Positions 42,303 to 52,855 of a stretch of DNA of 64,000 nucleotides are shown piece after piece. The stretch covers positions 224,001 through 288,000 of the forward strand of contig CAVSGI010000020.1 in NCBI GenBank assembly GCA_963727445.1, given 5' to 3'. The notes beneath the pieces were generated by a model. It was not told the DNA's origin and did no database searches. It was given only the letters and a program-made list of their open reading frames with translations. This stretch comes from an uncultured delta proteobacterium (GTDB lineage: Bacteria; Myxococcota_A; Polyangia; Polyangiales; B10-G4). A program made the position numbers and the translations under genes. How positions within the stretch are numbered: position 1 is the stretch's first letter; each line of letters begins with the position of its first letter.

Positions 42303-43718
42303 ATGTCAGTGGAAGACCTGAGCGGAGCTTTTGAACGGGCCGTGCCCGCCTCCCAGAGCAGTCCCGGTGGACGGCGCCCCCCGAGCTCCCTCGAGGCCGA
42401 GCGCGCCGTCATCGGCGGGATCCTCCTCGAGAACGACGCGCTGAACGTCGTCCTCGAGATCGTGAAGAAGGACGACTTCTACAGCGAGGCCAACGCCCAG
42501 ATCTTCGAGGCGATGACCGAGCTCTTCGGCGAGGGGACGCCGGTCGACACGGTCACGATCCGCGAGCGCCTGGTCGCGCGCGGCAAGCTCGCGGCGGTCG
42601 GCGGTGACGACTACATCCTGGAGCTCACCAACACGATCCCGACCGTCGCGAACATCGAGTCGCACGCGCGGATCGTCAAAGAGAAGGCGCTGGTTCGGCG
42701 GCTGATCACCGCGTGTCACGAGGTGGCGGCCAAGGGCTACGGCGACTACGGCGATCCGTCGCAGTTCCTCGACTCGGCCGAAAAGCAGATCTTCGACGTC
42801 GCACAGGAGAGCCTCCGCTCGCCCTACGAGCACATCAAGGACGTCGTCCTCCGCACCTTCACGGAGATCCACGAGGCGGCGGAGCGCGGCGAGAAGATCA
42901 CGGGCCTCCCGACGGGGTTCAACACGGTCGACGAGATGACCAGCGGCATGCACCCCGGCGACCTGATCATCATCGCCGGCCGTCCGGGCATGGGAAAGAC
43001 GGCTTTCGCCATCAACGTCGCGGTCAATGCCTGTATGCAGCGCAAAGCGGGCGTGGCCGTCTTCTCCCTCGAGATGCCGAAGGAGCAGCTCGTGCGACGT
43101 ATGCTCTGCTCCGAGGCGCGGGTGGACGGCACGCGCATGCGTGCCGGTCAGCTCTGGCGCGACGACTGGCCGAAGCTCGCGCGCGCCGCCGGCACCCTGT
43201 CGGAGCTGCCCCTGTGGATCGACGACACGCCGGGCCTGTCGATGACCGAGCTCCGGGCGAAGACGCGGCGCATCAAGAGCCAGGGTGACCTCGGCCTGGT
43301 GGTGGTCGACTACCTGCAGCTCATGCGCAGCGGCAGCCGCAACGACAGCCGCGAGCAGGAGATCAGCGAGATCAGCCGAAACCTGAAGATGCTCGCCAAG
43401 GAGCTGAGCCTTCCGGTGATCGCCCTGTCGCAGCTCAACCGTGGTGTCGAGACGCGCGGCGTGAAAGACAAGCGCCCGCAGCTCTCCGATCTGCGCGAGT
43501 CGGGCGCCATCGAGCAGGATGCGGACACGATCTGGTTCGTCTATCGCGACGAGGTCTACAACCGCGACAACCCCGACTCGAAGAACCGCGCCGAGATCAT
43601 CATCGGCAAGCAGCGCGCAGGCCCCACCGGCACCGCCCACGTCGCCTTCTTCAGCGAGTACACGCGCTTCGACAATCTTGCGCGGGAGGAGTACGGCGGC
43701 GGCGACTTCGGCGACTGA
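42303..43718 (+). CDS. dnaB: Replicative DNA helicase
   Basis: AGRPGMGKT, FSLEM, VDYLQL, LSQLNR, DLRESGAIEQDAD; no intein. Confidence 0.97.
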   Translation: MSVEDLSGAFERAVPASQSSPGGRRPPSSLEAERAVIGGILLENDALNVVLEIVKKDDFYSEANAQIFEAMTELFGEGTPVDTVTIRERLVARGKLAAVGGDDYILELTNTIPTVANIESHARIVKEKALVRRLITACHEVAAKGYGDYGDPSQFLDSAEKQIFDVAQESLRSPYEHIKDVVLRTFTEIHEAAERGEKITGLPTGFNTVDEMTSGMHPGDLIIIAGRPGMGKTAFAINVAVNACMQRKAGVAVFSLEMPKEQLVRRMLCSEARVDGTRMRAGQLWRDDWPKLARAAGTLSELPLWIDDTPGLSMTELRAKTRRIKSQGDLGLVVVDYLQLMRSGSRNDSREQEISEISRNLKMLAKELSLPVIALSQLNRGVETRGVKDKRPQLSDLRESGAIEQDADTIWFVYRDEVYNRDNPDSKNRAEIIIGKQRAGPTGTAHVAFFSEYTRFDNLAREEYGGGDFGD

Positions 43719-44210
43719 CGAGGGGCGGAGGCACGCCATCCGCCGGCTTACCTCCTCAGTCCCTCCCTGCGACGCACCTTCAGTGCGCCTCAGTCGGGCC
43801 TTTGCGGGGGCGCTCGGCGGCTGACGCACCTCCGCCCCTCGTCCCCAAGTCTGGAGGCACGCCATCCGCCGGCTTACCTCCTCAGTCCCTCCCTGCGACG
43901 CACCTTCAGTGCGCCTCAGTCGGGCCTTTGCGGGGGCGCTCGGCGGCTGACGCACCTCCGCCCCTCGTCCCCAAGTCTGGAGGCACGCCATCCGCCGGCT
44001 TGCCTCCTCAGTCCCTCCCTGCGACGCACCTTCAGTGCGCCTCAGTCGGGCCTTTGCGGGGGCGCTCGGCGGCTGACGCACCTCCGCCCCTCGTCCCAAG
44101 TCTGGAGGCACGCCATCCGCCGGCTTGCCTCCTCAGTCCCTCCCTGCGACGCACCTTCAGTGCGCCTCAGTCGGGCCTTTGCGGGGGCGCTCGGCGGCTG
44201 ACGCACCTCC
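43717..44210. repeat. Tandem array of a 126-bp hairpin element (about 4 copies), homologous to the 31529 array
   Basis: GGAGGCACGCC recurs at 43727, 43853, 43979, 44104. Confidence 0.92.
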
Positions 44211-44211
44211 T

Positions 44212-45840
44212 CTACAGGTGGAAGTTCACGCCGAGCTGCACGAGGTTGTAGTCGGCGGTGAAGGTGCCGGCGTTGGTGATCTCGCCCTCTTCCGGTGTCA
44301 GCGCTGAAACCTGCCGTAGGGCGGCTTCGGTGGTGCTCACCTGGATCGTCTGTTGGAAGACGTGCGCGTAGGCAAGGCTGAGATCGACAAGGCCGACACG
44401 GACGGTGAGCCCAGCGTGAATGCCGAAGCGCATCCCAGGGATGAAGTCCAAGCCGACGTACTGCTTGGCGTTGCGGTTGGAAAAGACCCCGGTCGAGTCG
44501 TAGGCGCTGGTCTCGAAACTGAACCCTAGCCGGAGCGAGGCCAGCCCTGGAATGGCGTTGAAGTCGCCGCCGAGTCGGAGCAGCCACTGATCGTTCCACT
44601 GATGCGGAAGGTTGATCTGAGTCGGAAGGTTGAGGTCCATGGTGGTGACACCGCCCCCGATGTCGACCTGGGAGAACGAACCCTGCGACCCCGCCGGCAG
44701 GGTCAGCGCGAGGTTGGTGACCGGCTGGTTGATCAGGTAGATGGCGTCGAGTTCGATGTCGAACCACTCATTCGACATCGCATCCTCGGTCCGTCCGCTG
44801 AGCCGTGAGATCTGGTCTGGGTCTTCCGGTCGCGGCGCGATGCGCTGGGCGTAGCGAAGGCCCAGGCGCACCTCCCACGGTTGGCCCGCGGATACTTGCG
44901 TGTTGGCGATCGGCGTGTTGAGGTTGGGGATCGGCCCGGGGACGTCGGGATCGGAGCCGGCCCCGTAGGTGCCCGTTTGGAGTGTCGTGTCGCCCGTGGC
45001 GTTGACGCTGTCGGAGATCTTGAAGCCGAGCATCACGTCGAGAGCGTCGATCGGGATGAACTGCGCGGAGAAGATACCGGCCGGGACGAAGAAATCGGAC
45101 GCGTGGAGCTTGGCTAAGACATCGGACGCCGGATCTTGCCCGGGCTGGCGAACCGTGATTGACGTGAAGTCGAACACTCCGATCCCCCACTGAAACGTCG
45201 CGCCGAAACGGAACCATGGCACTGGTCGATAGCCGATGCCGATGGAGGGGTAGAGGAGCAGCTGATTCTGTTCGAGAAGGATGTAGCGGCTCGGTGGAGG
45301 AAGGATGCCGGGCGGATTCGGACCGCCCATGGTCGTGTAGCGCGTCGAGTCCGTGGCCCATTGCGACGTTCCGGCTCCGTTCGGTGTCATGATCCCGATC
45401 CCGATGCCGAGCTCGGGCAGCACACGCCAGGTAGCTGCGATGTTGAGTGCGGGACCGAGAGGGCTCTGGTTGCACGCCTGGGGGTACGCCTGGTCGATAT
45501 AGGCCAGCCACGACGACGGATCAGAGGGTGTGGCATCGAAGATCGAGGGCCCGAGCCCTAGGGCGTGGTCGGTGTCGGCGTAGGTCCCAGCCCGTTGAAA
45601 GCAGTCATTTGCCGTGACCAGGCCGCCGGTCGCGTAGATCTGAAAGCCCGTGATGTCGGCGAGGTTGGCCGGGTTCAGGGTCAACGCCATCGGATCGTCC
45701 GCGCGCGTGTAGAACGCGCCGCCGCGACCGAGGCCGCGGGCGCCTCCTTCGCCGGGGAGCTCGAAGCCTCCGGCATAGGCGACGGTCGGCAGCGAGAGCG
45801 CGAGGGCGAGAGCCGCCAGGATCGTGCGGGCAGAAAGCAT
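44212..45840 (-). CDS. FadL/OmpP1-family outer membrane transporter
   Basis: Signal peptide then AGGFEL..GARGLGRGGA..ADDPMAL..NPA; terminal beta-strand. Confidence 0.8.
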   Translation of the reverse strand: MLSARTILAALALALSLPTVAYAGGFELPGEGGARGLGRGGAFYTRADDPMALTLNPANLADITGFQIYATGGLVTANDCFQRAGTYADTDHALGLGPSIFDATPSDPSSWLAYIDQAYPQACNQSPLGPALNIAATWRVLPELGIGIGIMTPNGAGTSQWATDSTRYTTMGGPNPPGILPPPSRYILLEQNQLLLYPSIGIGYRPVPWFRFGATFQWGIGVFDFTSITVRQPGQDPASDVLAKLHASDFFVPAGIFSAQFIPIDALDVMLGFKISDSVNATGDTTLQTGTYGAGSDPDVPGPIPNLNTPIANTQVSAGQPWEVRLGLRYAQRIAPRPEDPDQISRLSGRTEDAMSNEWFDIELDAIYLINQPVTNLALTLPAGSQGSFSQVDIGGGVTTMDLNLPTQINLPHQWNDQWLLRLGGDFNAIPGLASLRLGFSFETSAYDSTGVFSNRNAKQYVGLDFIPGMRFGIHAGLTVRVGLVDLSLAYAHVFQQTIQVSTTEAALRQVSALTPEEGEITNAGTFTADYNLVQLGVNFHL

Positions 45841-46064
45841 CGGGTCCTCCCAAAAAGCGCCGCAACAATACCCAGACGCGCCTTTCTCGCCAGCCCTGTG
45901 AGGCGCTCTCCGCCGATCCCCTGGGAGCAGAGTGGATGCTCCGCCGGCCATTTCGCGGAGCAGAGAGCGTTCCGCGCTCCGCCAGGTGGGTCGTTTTTCC
46001 CCACAAAGCGCTGTTTAAGCGCTGGATCGGGCGTTGCACCTCCCGAGGGCGGAGGAAGTCAAGC

Positions 46065-46793
46065 ATGCCCCCGAATGCTGCCCGCAAGATGTCGGCCCGA
46101 CAGACCACCCAGCCGTTTTCCACGTCGTCTCCGGTCGCACCGGCGCCAAAGCGATCCTATCGCCCGCCGGCCCCTGGCCGCCGCGAGGCCACGAAACCCT
46201 TCCGCTCGGTTCCACCCGAGGTGCGGGAGAGCGACATCCGGCAGATCGCTCCGCGCGTGAGCTACCGGCCTCCTGCGGCGGTCGGGCCCGCCTCGAAGAA
46301 GCCGAGCGCGTCGAAGACGCCGAGCGCCCCGCCGAGGGCGAGCGTCTCGCTAGCGGCGTTCAAGTCCGAGGAACCCGAGGCGCCGCATCTCCGCGCCGTT
46401 TCGACGCTGGAGCCCTCGGCACCTGCGCCGGTCGAAGTCGTGCCCGAAGGACGCGACGACACGCCGAGTGGACCCCGCGCCGTCCAGATGCCTTCGCCGC
46501 CGCCCGTGCCCCGCGAAGCGGTGCTGGCCATGCCCACCACGCAGCTGCCCCTCGAAGAGATCGATTACGAGGAGGCGTACGCCTATGACGCCGACGCGAT
46601 GGAGGCGCGCCTCAGCCGCAAGTCCATCGTCCCCGAGGCGCTCAGCTCGGTGGCGTCAGACGTGCGCCAGAGCCTCACGCCGGCGGGTCGCGCGGAGGCG
46701 AAGAAGGAGCTTCGCGCCATGCGGCGCGTCTCGCTGAGCGGTCTCGCACAGCTCTTCCGCAAAGCGGCCGATCTCCTCGACGCCTACGCCTGA
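46065..46793 (+). CDS. Hypothetical Pro-rich protein
   Basis: Open frame filling the gap, GGAGG upstream, helical C-terminus. Confidence 0.55.
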   Translation: MPPNAARKMSARQTTQPFSTSSPVAPAPKRSYRPPAPGRREATKPFRSVPPEVRESDIRQIAPRVSYRPPAAVGPASKKPSASKTPSAPPRASVSLAAFKSEEPEAPHLRAVSTLEPSAPAPVEVVPEGRDDTPSGPRAVQMPSPPPVPREAVLAMPTTQLPLEEIDYEEAYAYDADAMEARLSRKSIVPEALSSVASDVRQSLTPAGRAEAKKELRAMRRVSLSGLAQLFRKAADLLDAYA

Positions 46794-46812
46794 GGGGTGT
46801 AGTTAGCCCGGT

Positions 46813-49062
46813 GTGAAGATCCACTGCATCGGCGGTGGCCCGGGTGGGCTCTACACCGCGATCCTCCTCAAAGAGCAGGATCGGCGTCGCGAGATCACGG
46901 TCTTCGAGCGTAACGCGCCCAACGATACCTTCGGCTGGGGCGTGGTGTTCTCGGACCGCACGCAGGACCACCTGCGAAATGCGGATGCGCCATCTCACGA
47001 GGCGATCACCCGCTGCTTCGCCACCTGGGACGACATCGACGTCCACTATCGGGGTGAGGTCTACCGATCGACGGGCCACGGCTTCTGCGGGTTGTCGCGC
47101 AAGAAGATGCTGCTCCTCCTCAAGGACCGGGCCGAAGAGCTCGGCGTCGACCTCCGTTACGAGACCGAGGTGAAGGACGTCGACGACTATCGCGATTGCG
47201 ATCTGCTCGTGGCCGCCGACGGGATCAACTCGCAGATCCGCGACAAGTACGCGGCGAATTTCGGCCCCGAGCTCGACTGGCGACCGAATCGCTTCGCCTG
47301 GCTCGGGACGCAGCAGCAGCTCGACGCCTTCACCTTCAGCTTCCGCGAGAACGAGCACGGGCTGTGGATGCTCCACGCCTACCAGTTCGAGCCCGAGACC
47401 AGCACCTTCATCGTCGAGACCGACGACGAGACCTTCGCGCGCTCGGGGCTCGACGTCGACAACGAGCCCCAGACCATCGCCTACTGCGAGAAGGTCTTCG
47501 CCGAGGAGCTCGGCGGCTATCCGCTTCTCGCCAACAAGACGCACTGGCGCCAGTTCGCGACCGTGCGAAACCGCTCCTGGCACCACGAGAACATGGTGCT
47601 CCTCGGCGACTCGGCCGCGACGGCACACTTCTCCATCGGCTCGGGCACCAAGCTGGCGATGGAAGGGTCCATCGCCCTCGCCGGTGCCTTCGCGAAGTAC
47701 GACGACGTGAGCGAAGCGCTCCGCGCTTACGAAGCGGAGCGCCGGCCCAACGTGGAGAGCCTCCAGCGCGCGGCCCAGTCGAGCCTCGAGTGGTTCGAGA
47801 GCGCGCGCCGCTACATGGGGATGGAGCCCAAGCGCTTCGTCTTCTCGCTGCTCACACGTTCGATGCGCATCACCCACGACAACCTGGCCCTGCGTGACCC
47901 GGCCTACGTGGAGGACGCCGATCGCTGGCTCAACGCGTCGCTCTCGATCGAAGGTGCCGACGATCCGAACAAGGATCCCGTCCCGCCGATGTTCACGCCC
48001 TTCAAACTGCGAAACCTGACGCTGAAGAACCGCGTCGTGGTCTCGCCGATGTGCCAGTACAGCGCCGTCGAAGGCATGCCCAACGAGTGGCACATGGTGC
48101 ACCTCGGCAGCCGGGCGCTCGGCGGTGCGGCGCTGGTCTTCACCGAGATGACCGACGTGAGCGCGGAGGGGCGCATCAGCCCCGGGTGCACCGGCATCTA
48201 CACCGACGCCCAGGCCGGACAGTGGGCGCGGATCGTCGACTTCGTGCACGCACGCAGCAGCGCGCTGATCGGGATGCAGCTCGGCCACGCGGGGCGAAAA
48301 GCGGCGACCAAGCGCATGTGGGAGGGGGACAACGAGCCCCTCGAGTCGGGCGCCTGGCCCATCATGGCGGCCTCGCCGATCCCGTGGGGGCCGAAGAGTC
48401 AGGTCCCGAAGGAGATGGACAGGGCGGACATGGTGCGCGTGCGGGACGAGCACGTGGCAGCCGCGAAGCGCGCCAAGAAGGCCGGCTTCGACGTCCTCGA
48501 GCTCCACATGGCCCACGGCTATCTGCTCTCGGGCTTCATCTCGCCTCTCTCCAATCAGCGCTCGGACGCGTACGGGGGCTCGCTCGAGAACCGCGCGCGC
48601 TATCCGCTCGAGGTGTTCGACGCCGTGCGCGAGGTCTGGCCCGACGCGCCGCTGTCGGTGCGCATCTCCGCCACCGACTGGGCCCCTGAAGGCTTCACCC
48701 CCGAGGACGCGGTGAGCCTCGCTCAGATGATGAAGGAGCACGGCGCCGATCTGATCGACGTCTCCGCGGGGCAGACCTCGACCCGGGCCAAGCCCGTCTA
48801 CGGGCGTCTCTTCCAGACGCCTTTCGCCGACCAGATCCGCAACGAGGTGGACATCGCCACCATGGCCGTCGGCAACATCAGCACCTACGACGACATCAAC
48901 ACGATCATCCTCGCCGGACGCGCGGACCTCGTGGCGCTCGCGCGCGCGCATCTGGCCGACCCCTACTTCACGATGCACGCGGCCCGCGAGCAGGGCTACG
49001 ACGCGCTCGAGTGGCCCGTGCAGTACCGCGCGGCGAAGCGGCTTCGGTTCCTCGTGAAGTAG
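46813..49062 (+). CDS. Bifunctional anthraniloyl/salicylyl-CoA monooxygenase-reductase (AbmA-like)
   Basis: [30 protein letters not shown] monooxygenase domain fused to OYE domain ([21 protein letters not shown]). Confidence 0.88.
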   Translation: MKIHCIGGGPGGLYTAILLKEQDRRREITVFERNAPNDTFGWGVVFSDRTQDHLRNADAPSHEAITRCFATWDDIDVHYRGEVYRSTGHGFCGLSRKKMLLLLKDRAEELGVDLRYETEVKDVDDYRDCDLLVAADGINSQIRDKYAANFGPELDWRPNRFAWLGTQQQLDAFTFSFRENEHGLWMLHAYQFEPETSTFIVETDDETFARSGLDVDNEPQTIAYCEKVFAEELGGYPLLANKTHWRQFATVRNRSWHHENMVLLGDSAATAHFSIGSGTKLAMEGSIALAGAFAKYDDVSEALRAYEAERRPNVESLQRAAQSSLEWFESARRYMGMEPKRFVFSLLTRSMRITHDNLALRDPAYVEDADRWLNASLSIEGADDPNKDPVPPMFTPFKLRNLTLKNRVVVSPMCQYSAVEGMPNEWHMVHLGSRALGGAALVFTEMTDVSAEGRISPGCTGIYTDAQAGQWARIVDFVHARSSALIGMQLGHAGRKAATKRMWEGDNEPLESGAWPIMAASPIPWGPKSQVPKEMDRADMVRVRDEHVAAAKRAKKAGFDVLELHMAHGYLLSGFISPLSNQRSDAYGGSLENRARYPLEVFDAVREVWPDAPLSVRISATDWAPEGFTPEDAVSLAQMMKEHGADLIDVSAGQTSTRAKPVYGRLFQTPFADQIRNEVDIATMAVGNISTYDDINTIILAGRADLVALARAHLADPYFTMHAAREQGYDALEWPVQYRAAKRLRFLVK

Positions 49063-49178
49063 CCCGCGAGGCGCAGGCAATCAGGGCGAGGGCCGCCGTG
49101 GTGCGGCGAGGTCACCCGAAGAAGCTGACATTTCTCTCGGAGCGGACGGACCGGGTCGTGGGGTAGCCTTCGACGTCC

Positions 49179-50804
49179 GTGGCGAAGAGCGTCCTCGATC
49201 TTGCGGATCGCGTGGTGGACCCGCGAAGGGCTTCCATCGGGTACGCCTGTGTCCTGATCGCCTTCGCCGCTTCCGCGAACTTCTTCGCCCACACGTTCTA
49301 CGAGACCTTGGATGCGCCGCCGCGCGCCCTCGCGGTTCTGAGGGACCAGGCGGATGCGGTCTCGCCGCCGCTCGAGACGCCCCTCTCTCCACTGGTCATC
49401 GTGCTCCTCGATGGGATGCGCGTGGACGAGTCCGAACGCTCGCCGCCGATCGAGGCCCTCCGCAGCCGAGGGAGCTTCGGACGCATCGAGCTCGGCGAGG
49501 TGCCGACGCTCTCGCGGCCCTTCTATCATGCCCTCCTCACCGGGGTGCCGCAGCGCGGCAGCGGCGTTCGGCGGAACAAGCCCGGCCAGCGTCAGGTGCT
49601 CGACGCCTTGTCGGATCGCGTGCGCGACGCCGGTGGGCAGGTCGCCTTCGTCGCCGAAGACCTCGACTGGATGAGCGTGCTCTTCGCCCACGAGGGCGAC
49701 ATCGATCACCACGGCCCCGACGCGCTCGGCGCGCCTCTCGATGACGTCCTCGCCCGAATCGCCGCCGGCGAGGGCCCGGCGCTGACCGTGGTGCACGTCC
49801 TCGGCGTCGACGAGACGGCCCACGATCACGGCATCGATTCGGATGCGCATCGTCGCGCGCTCCGGCGCGCTGACGAAGTCGTGACCCGCGTCAGCGAGGC
49901 GACCTTCGGCCGCGCGCTCGTCGCCGTGATGAGCGACCACGGACACATCGCCGCCGGGGGGCACGGAGGGGACGAGCCGGAGGTCCGCTTCGCGCCCTTC
50001 GTCTTCGTGGGCGACGGCGTCCCGAGCGGGCCCCTCGCGCGAACCTTGTCGCCCGCCGAGCTGGCGCCGACCTTCGCGAGCTACATCGGCGTCGCCCCGC
50101 CGCGGAGCTCGGTGGCCGACGCTGCGCCCGAGCTCGCCGGGCCGGCGGCAGTCGACCGCCCGCTCGCCCGGCGCCGCGCAACAATCCTCGAAGCCGCTAC
50201 CGACGCTGAGCGCGGCGCGCGCAGCGGCCGGCTCGGCTGGCTCCTGCCCCTCGTCTTCCTGCTCTCCGCGATGGGCCTCGGCGCGACCAAACGTTCGTTC
50301 ACGCGGCTCGACGCTGGCACGCTCCTCGCGCCCTTCCTCGTCGCCGCGAGCACCTACCTCGTCCATCGCTTCGTGCTCGAACGTCCTTTCACGCTTTCGG
50401 CGCTCGACCACGCCACGACGCAGGGCTACCGCGTCGCGCTCATCGCCTCGGTCTCCGCCGTCGTCGCGATCCCCCTCGCCGCGCTCGTCGCGCGCCGGCT
50501 CCGGAAGGAAGCCTTCGTCATGCACCTGCGCCGCGCGGCGGCGGGGGTCGGCTGGGCCTCGCTCACCTTCACCGCCTGGGCGCTGGCCCTCGCCGGTGGC
50601 GCTCTCGGCCCCTGGCCGCCCCGGGCTTTCGACGTCTACGCCCCGGTCTTCGCCTTCGCCGCGTGCGGCGGGGCGGCCCTCGTCGCCGCGATCTTCTTGT
50701 TGGGCGGGGCTGTTCGCCCCCCTCCTGCCCCGGGATCTCCTCCGCCTTCCGGCGATCGGAACGAGCCGGCGGTCTCCCCGGTCGATCCGCGGCCGGCGCT
50801 CTGA
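49179..50804 (+). CDS. Alkaline phosphatase superfamily membrane protein
   Basis: [30 protein letters not shown] plus multiple C-terminal TM helices. Confidence 0.75.
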   Translation: MAKSVLDLADRVVDPRRASIGYACVLIAFAASANFFAHTFYETLDAPPRALAVLRDQADAVSPPLETPLSPLVIVLLDGMRVDESERSPPIEALRSRGSFGRIELGEVPTLSRPFYHALLTGVPQRGSGVRRNKPGQRQVLDALSDRVRDAGGQVAFVAEDLDWMSVLFAHEGDIDHHGPDALGAPLDDVLARIAAGEGPALTVVHVLGVDETAHDHGIDSDAHRRALRRADEVVTRVSEATFGRALVAVMSDHGHIAAGGHGGDEPEVRFAPFVFVGDGVPSGPLARTLSPAELAPTFASYIGVAPPRSSVADAAPELAGPAAVDRPLARRRATILEAATDAERGARSGRLGWLLPLVFLLSAMGLGATKRSFTRLDAGTLLAPFLVAASTYLVHRFVLERPFTLSALDHATTQGYRVALIASVSAVVAIPLAALVARRLRKEAFVMHLRRAAAGVGWASLTFTAWALALAGGALGPWPPRAFDVYAPVFAFAACGGAALVAAIFLLGGAVRPPPAPGSPPPSGDRNEPAVSPVDPRPAL

Positions 50805-50833
50805 TACACCGTGGGCCCCACGAAGGAGCCCAC

Positions 50834-52843
50834 ATGGCGGAGACACCCGGCGAGGAACTCGACCAGCTCGCGATCGACACCGTTCGCACCCTCTCGATGG
50901 ACGCGGTCCAAGCCGCGAACTCCGGGCATCCCGGCACGCCCATGGCGCTCGCGCCGCTCGGCTGGCTGCTCTTCAGCAAGCTTCGGCGGCACGACCCCAC
51001 GCACCCGGAGTGGCCGGATCGCGACCGCTTCGTCCTGTCATGCGGCCACGCGTCGATGCTGCAGTACTCGCTCCTGCACCTGTCGGGCTACGACCTGCCG
51101 CTCAACGAGCTGCGCGAGTTCCGCCAGTGGGACAGCAAGACCCCGGGTCATCCCGAGTACGGCCACACGCCCGGCGTCGAGACCACCACCGGTCCGCTGG
51201 GGCAGGGCGTCGCCAACGCCGTCGGGATGGCGATGGCCGAGCGTCACCTCGCCAGGCGCTTCAACCGGCCGGGTCACACCATCATCGACCACCACACCTG
51301 GGCCATCGCCTCCGACGGAGACCTGATGGAGGGCGTGAGCGCGGAGGCGGCGTCCCTCGCCGGGCATCTGGGCCTCGGCAAGCTGATCCTCTTCTGGGAC
51401 GACAACCACATCACCATCGACGGCCGCACGGACCTGACCTTCACCGAAGACGTGATCGCTCGCTTCGCGGCTTACGGCTGGCACACCCTCAGCGTGGACG
51501 ACGGCAACGACACCGCGGCCATCGGCGCCGCCGCGGAGAAGGCGAAGGCCGATCCCCGACCGAGCTTCATCCGCGTCAAGACGATCATCGGCTGGCCGTC
51601 GCCCAACAAGCAGAACAAGTCCGCCGCTCACGGCTCTCCCCTCGGCGAGGAAGAGGTCGAGAAGACCAAGGAGATCATGGGCTGGCCCAACGAGAAGTTC
51701 CGCGTCCCGAGCGAGCTCTCGGCCGCGACCGAGGCGATCAAGGCCCGCGGCGCCGACGCCTACGGCAGCTGGCAGGAGCGCCTGACGGCTTACGAGCACG
51801 ATCATCCGGCGCTCTACGCCGAGCTCCGCGGCGCGCTCGCGGGCAAGCTCCCCGACGGATGGGATGCGGACCTGCCGAAGTTCGAGGCGGACGAAAAGGG
51901 CCTCGCGACGCGAAAGGCGGGCGGCAAGGTCATCGCCGCCATCGCTCCGAAGCTCGGTGGCCTCGTCGGCGGCTCGGCCGATCTCGCCGCGTCGAACAAC
52001 ACCAATCAGGACGGCTTCGCCGACTTCGGCGGACCCGACGCCGAGGGCGTTCCGCGCAACGTGCATTGGGGCATTCGCGAGCACGCGATGGCCTCGGCCT
52101 GCAACGGGATGGCGGTTCATGGCGGGGTGATCCCCTACGGCGCGACCTTCCTGGTCTTCAGCGACTACATGCGACCGGCGATCCGCCTCGCGTGCCTGAT
52201 GAACCTCGACGTCCGCTACGTCTTCACCCACGACTCGATCGGTCTCGGCGAGGACGGTCCCACGCACCAGCCCATCGAGCATCTGGCGGCGCTTCGGGCG
52301 ATCCCGGGGATGACGGTGATTCGGCCGGCGGACGCCAACGAGGTGCGCGTCGCCTACAAGACGATGATCGAGCGAAACGGTCCGGTGGCGTTGGTGCTCA
52401 CCCGCCAGAACGTACCGACCCTCGACCGCAGCGAGCTCATGAGCGCCGACGGCGTGCGCCGCGGTGCCTACGTCCTCGCCGATTCGGACGGTGACGAGCC
52501 GCAGGTGATCCTGATCGGCACCGGCAGCGAAGTGCACGTGGCGCTGGCCGCCCACCGGACGCTCGTGAAGGAGGGCGTTCGCTCTCGCGTGGTGTCGATG
52601 CCCTCCTGGGAGCTCTTCTCGGAGCAGAGCCGCGACTATCGCGACGCCGTCCTGCCCCCTGACGTGAACGCTCGGGTCGTGGTGGAGGCGGGGACGCGCA
52701 TGGGGTGGGAGCGCTGGGTCGGCCGGGACGGCGGGTTCGTGACCCTCGAGCGCTTCGGCGCCTCGGCGCCGGCGAAGACCCTCTACGAGAAGCTCGGGAT
52801 CACGCCCGGCGCCGTGGTGGCCGAGGCGAAGCGGCAGCTCTGA
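50834..52843 (+). CDS. tkt: Transketolase
   Basis: [46 protein letters not shown]. Confidence 0.97.
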   Translation: MAETPGEELDQLAIDTVRTLSMDAVQAANSGHPGTPMALAPLGWLLFSKLRRHDPTHPEWPDRDRFVLSCGHASMLQYSLLHLSGYDLPLNELREFRQWDSKTPGHPEYGHTPGVETTTGPLGQGVANAVGMAMAERHLARRFNRPGHTIIDHHTWAIASDGDLMEGVSAEAASLAGHLGLGKLILFWDDNHITIDGRTDLTFTEDVIARFAAYGWHTLSVDDGNDTAAIGAAAEKAKADPRPSFIRVKTIIGWPSPNKQNKSAAHGSPLGEEEVEKTKEIMGWPNEKFRVPSELSAATEAIKARGADAYGSWQERLTAYEHDHPALYAELRGALAGKLPDGWDADLPKFEADEKGLATRKAGGKVIAAIAPKLGGLVGGSADLAASNNTNQDGFADFGGPDAEGVPRNVHWGIREHAMASACNGMAVHGGVIPYGATFLVFSDYMRPAIRLACLMNLDVRYVFTHDSIGLGEDGPTHQPIEHLAALRAIPGMTVIRPADANEVRVAYKTMIERNGPVALVLTRQNVPTLDRSELMSADGVRRGAYVLADSDGDEPQVILIGTGSEVHVALAAHRTLVKEGVRSRVVSMPSWELFSEQSRDYRDAVLPPDVNARVVVEAGTRMGWERWVGRDGGFVTLERFGASAPAKTLYEKLGITPGAVVAEAKRQL

Positions 52844-52855
52844 GCCGGACGGCCC

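Noticed and set aside
43717..44210. Tandem arrays (also 31529-31825) as CRISPR
   Set aside because: Whole units repeat with no unique spacers, and no cas genes are present
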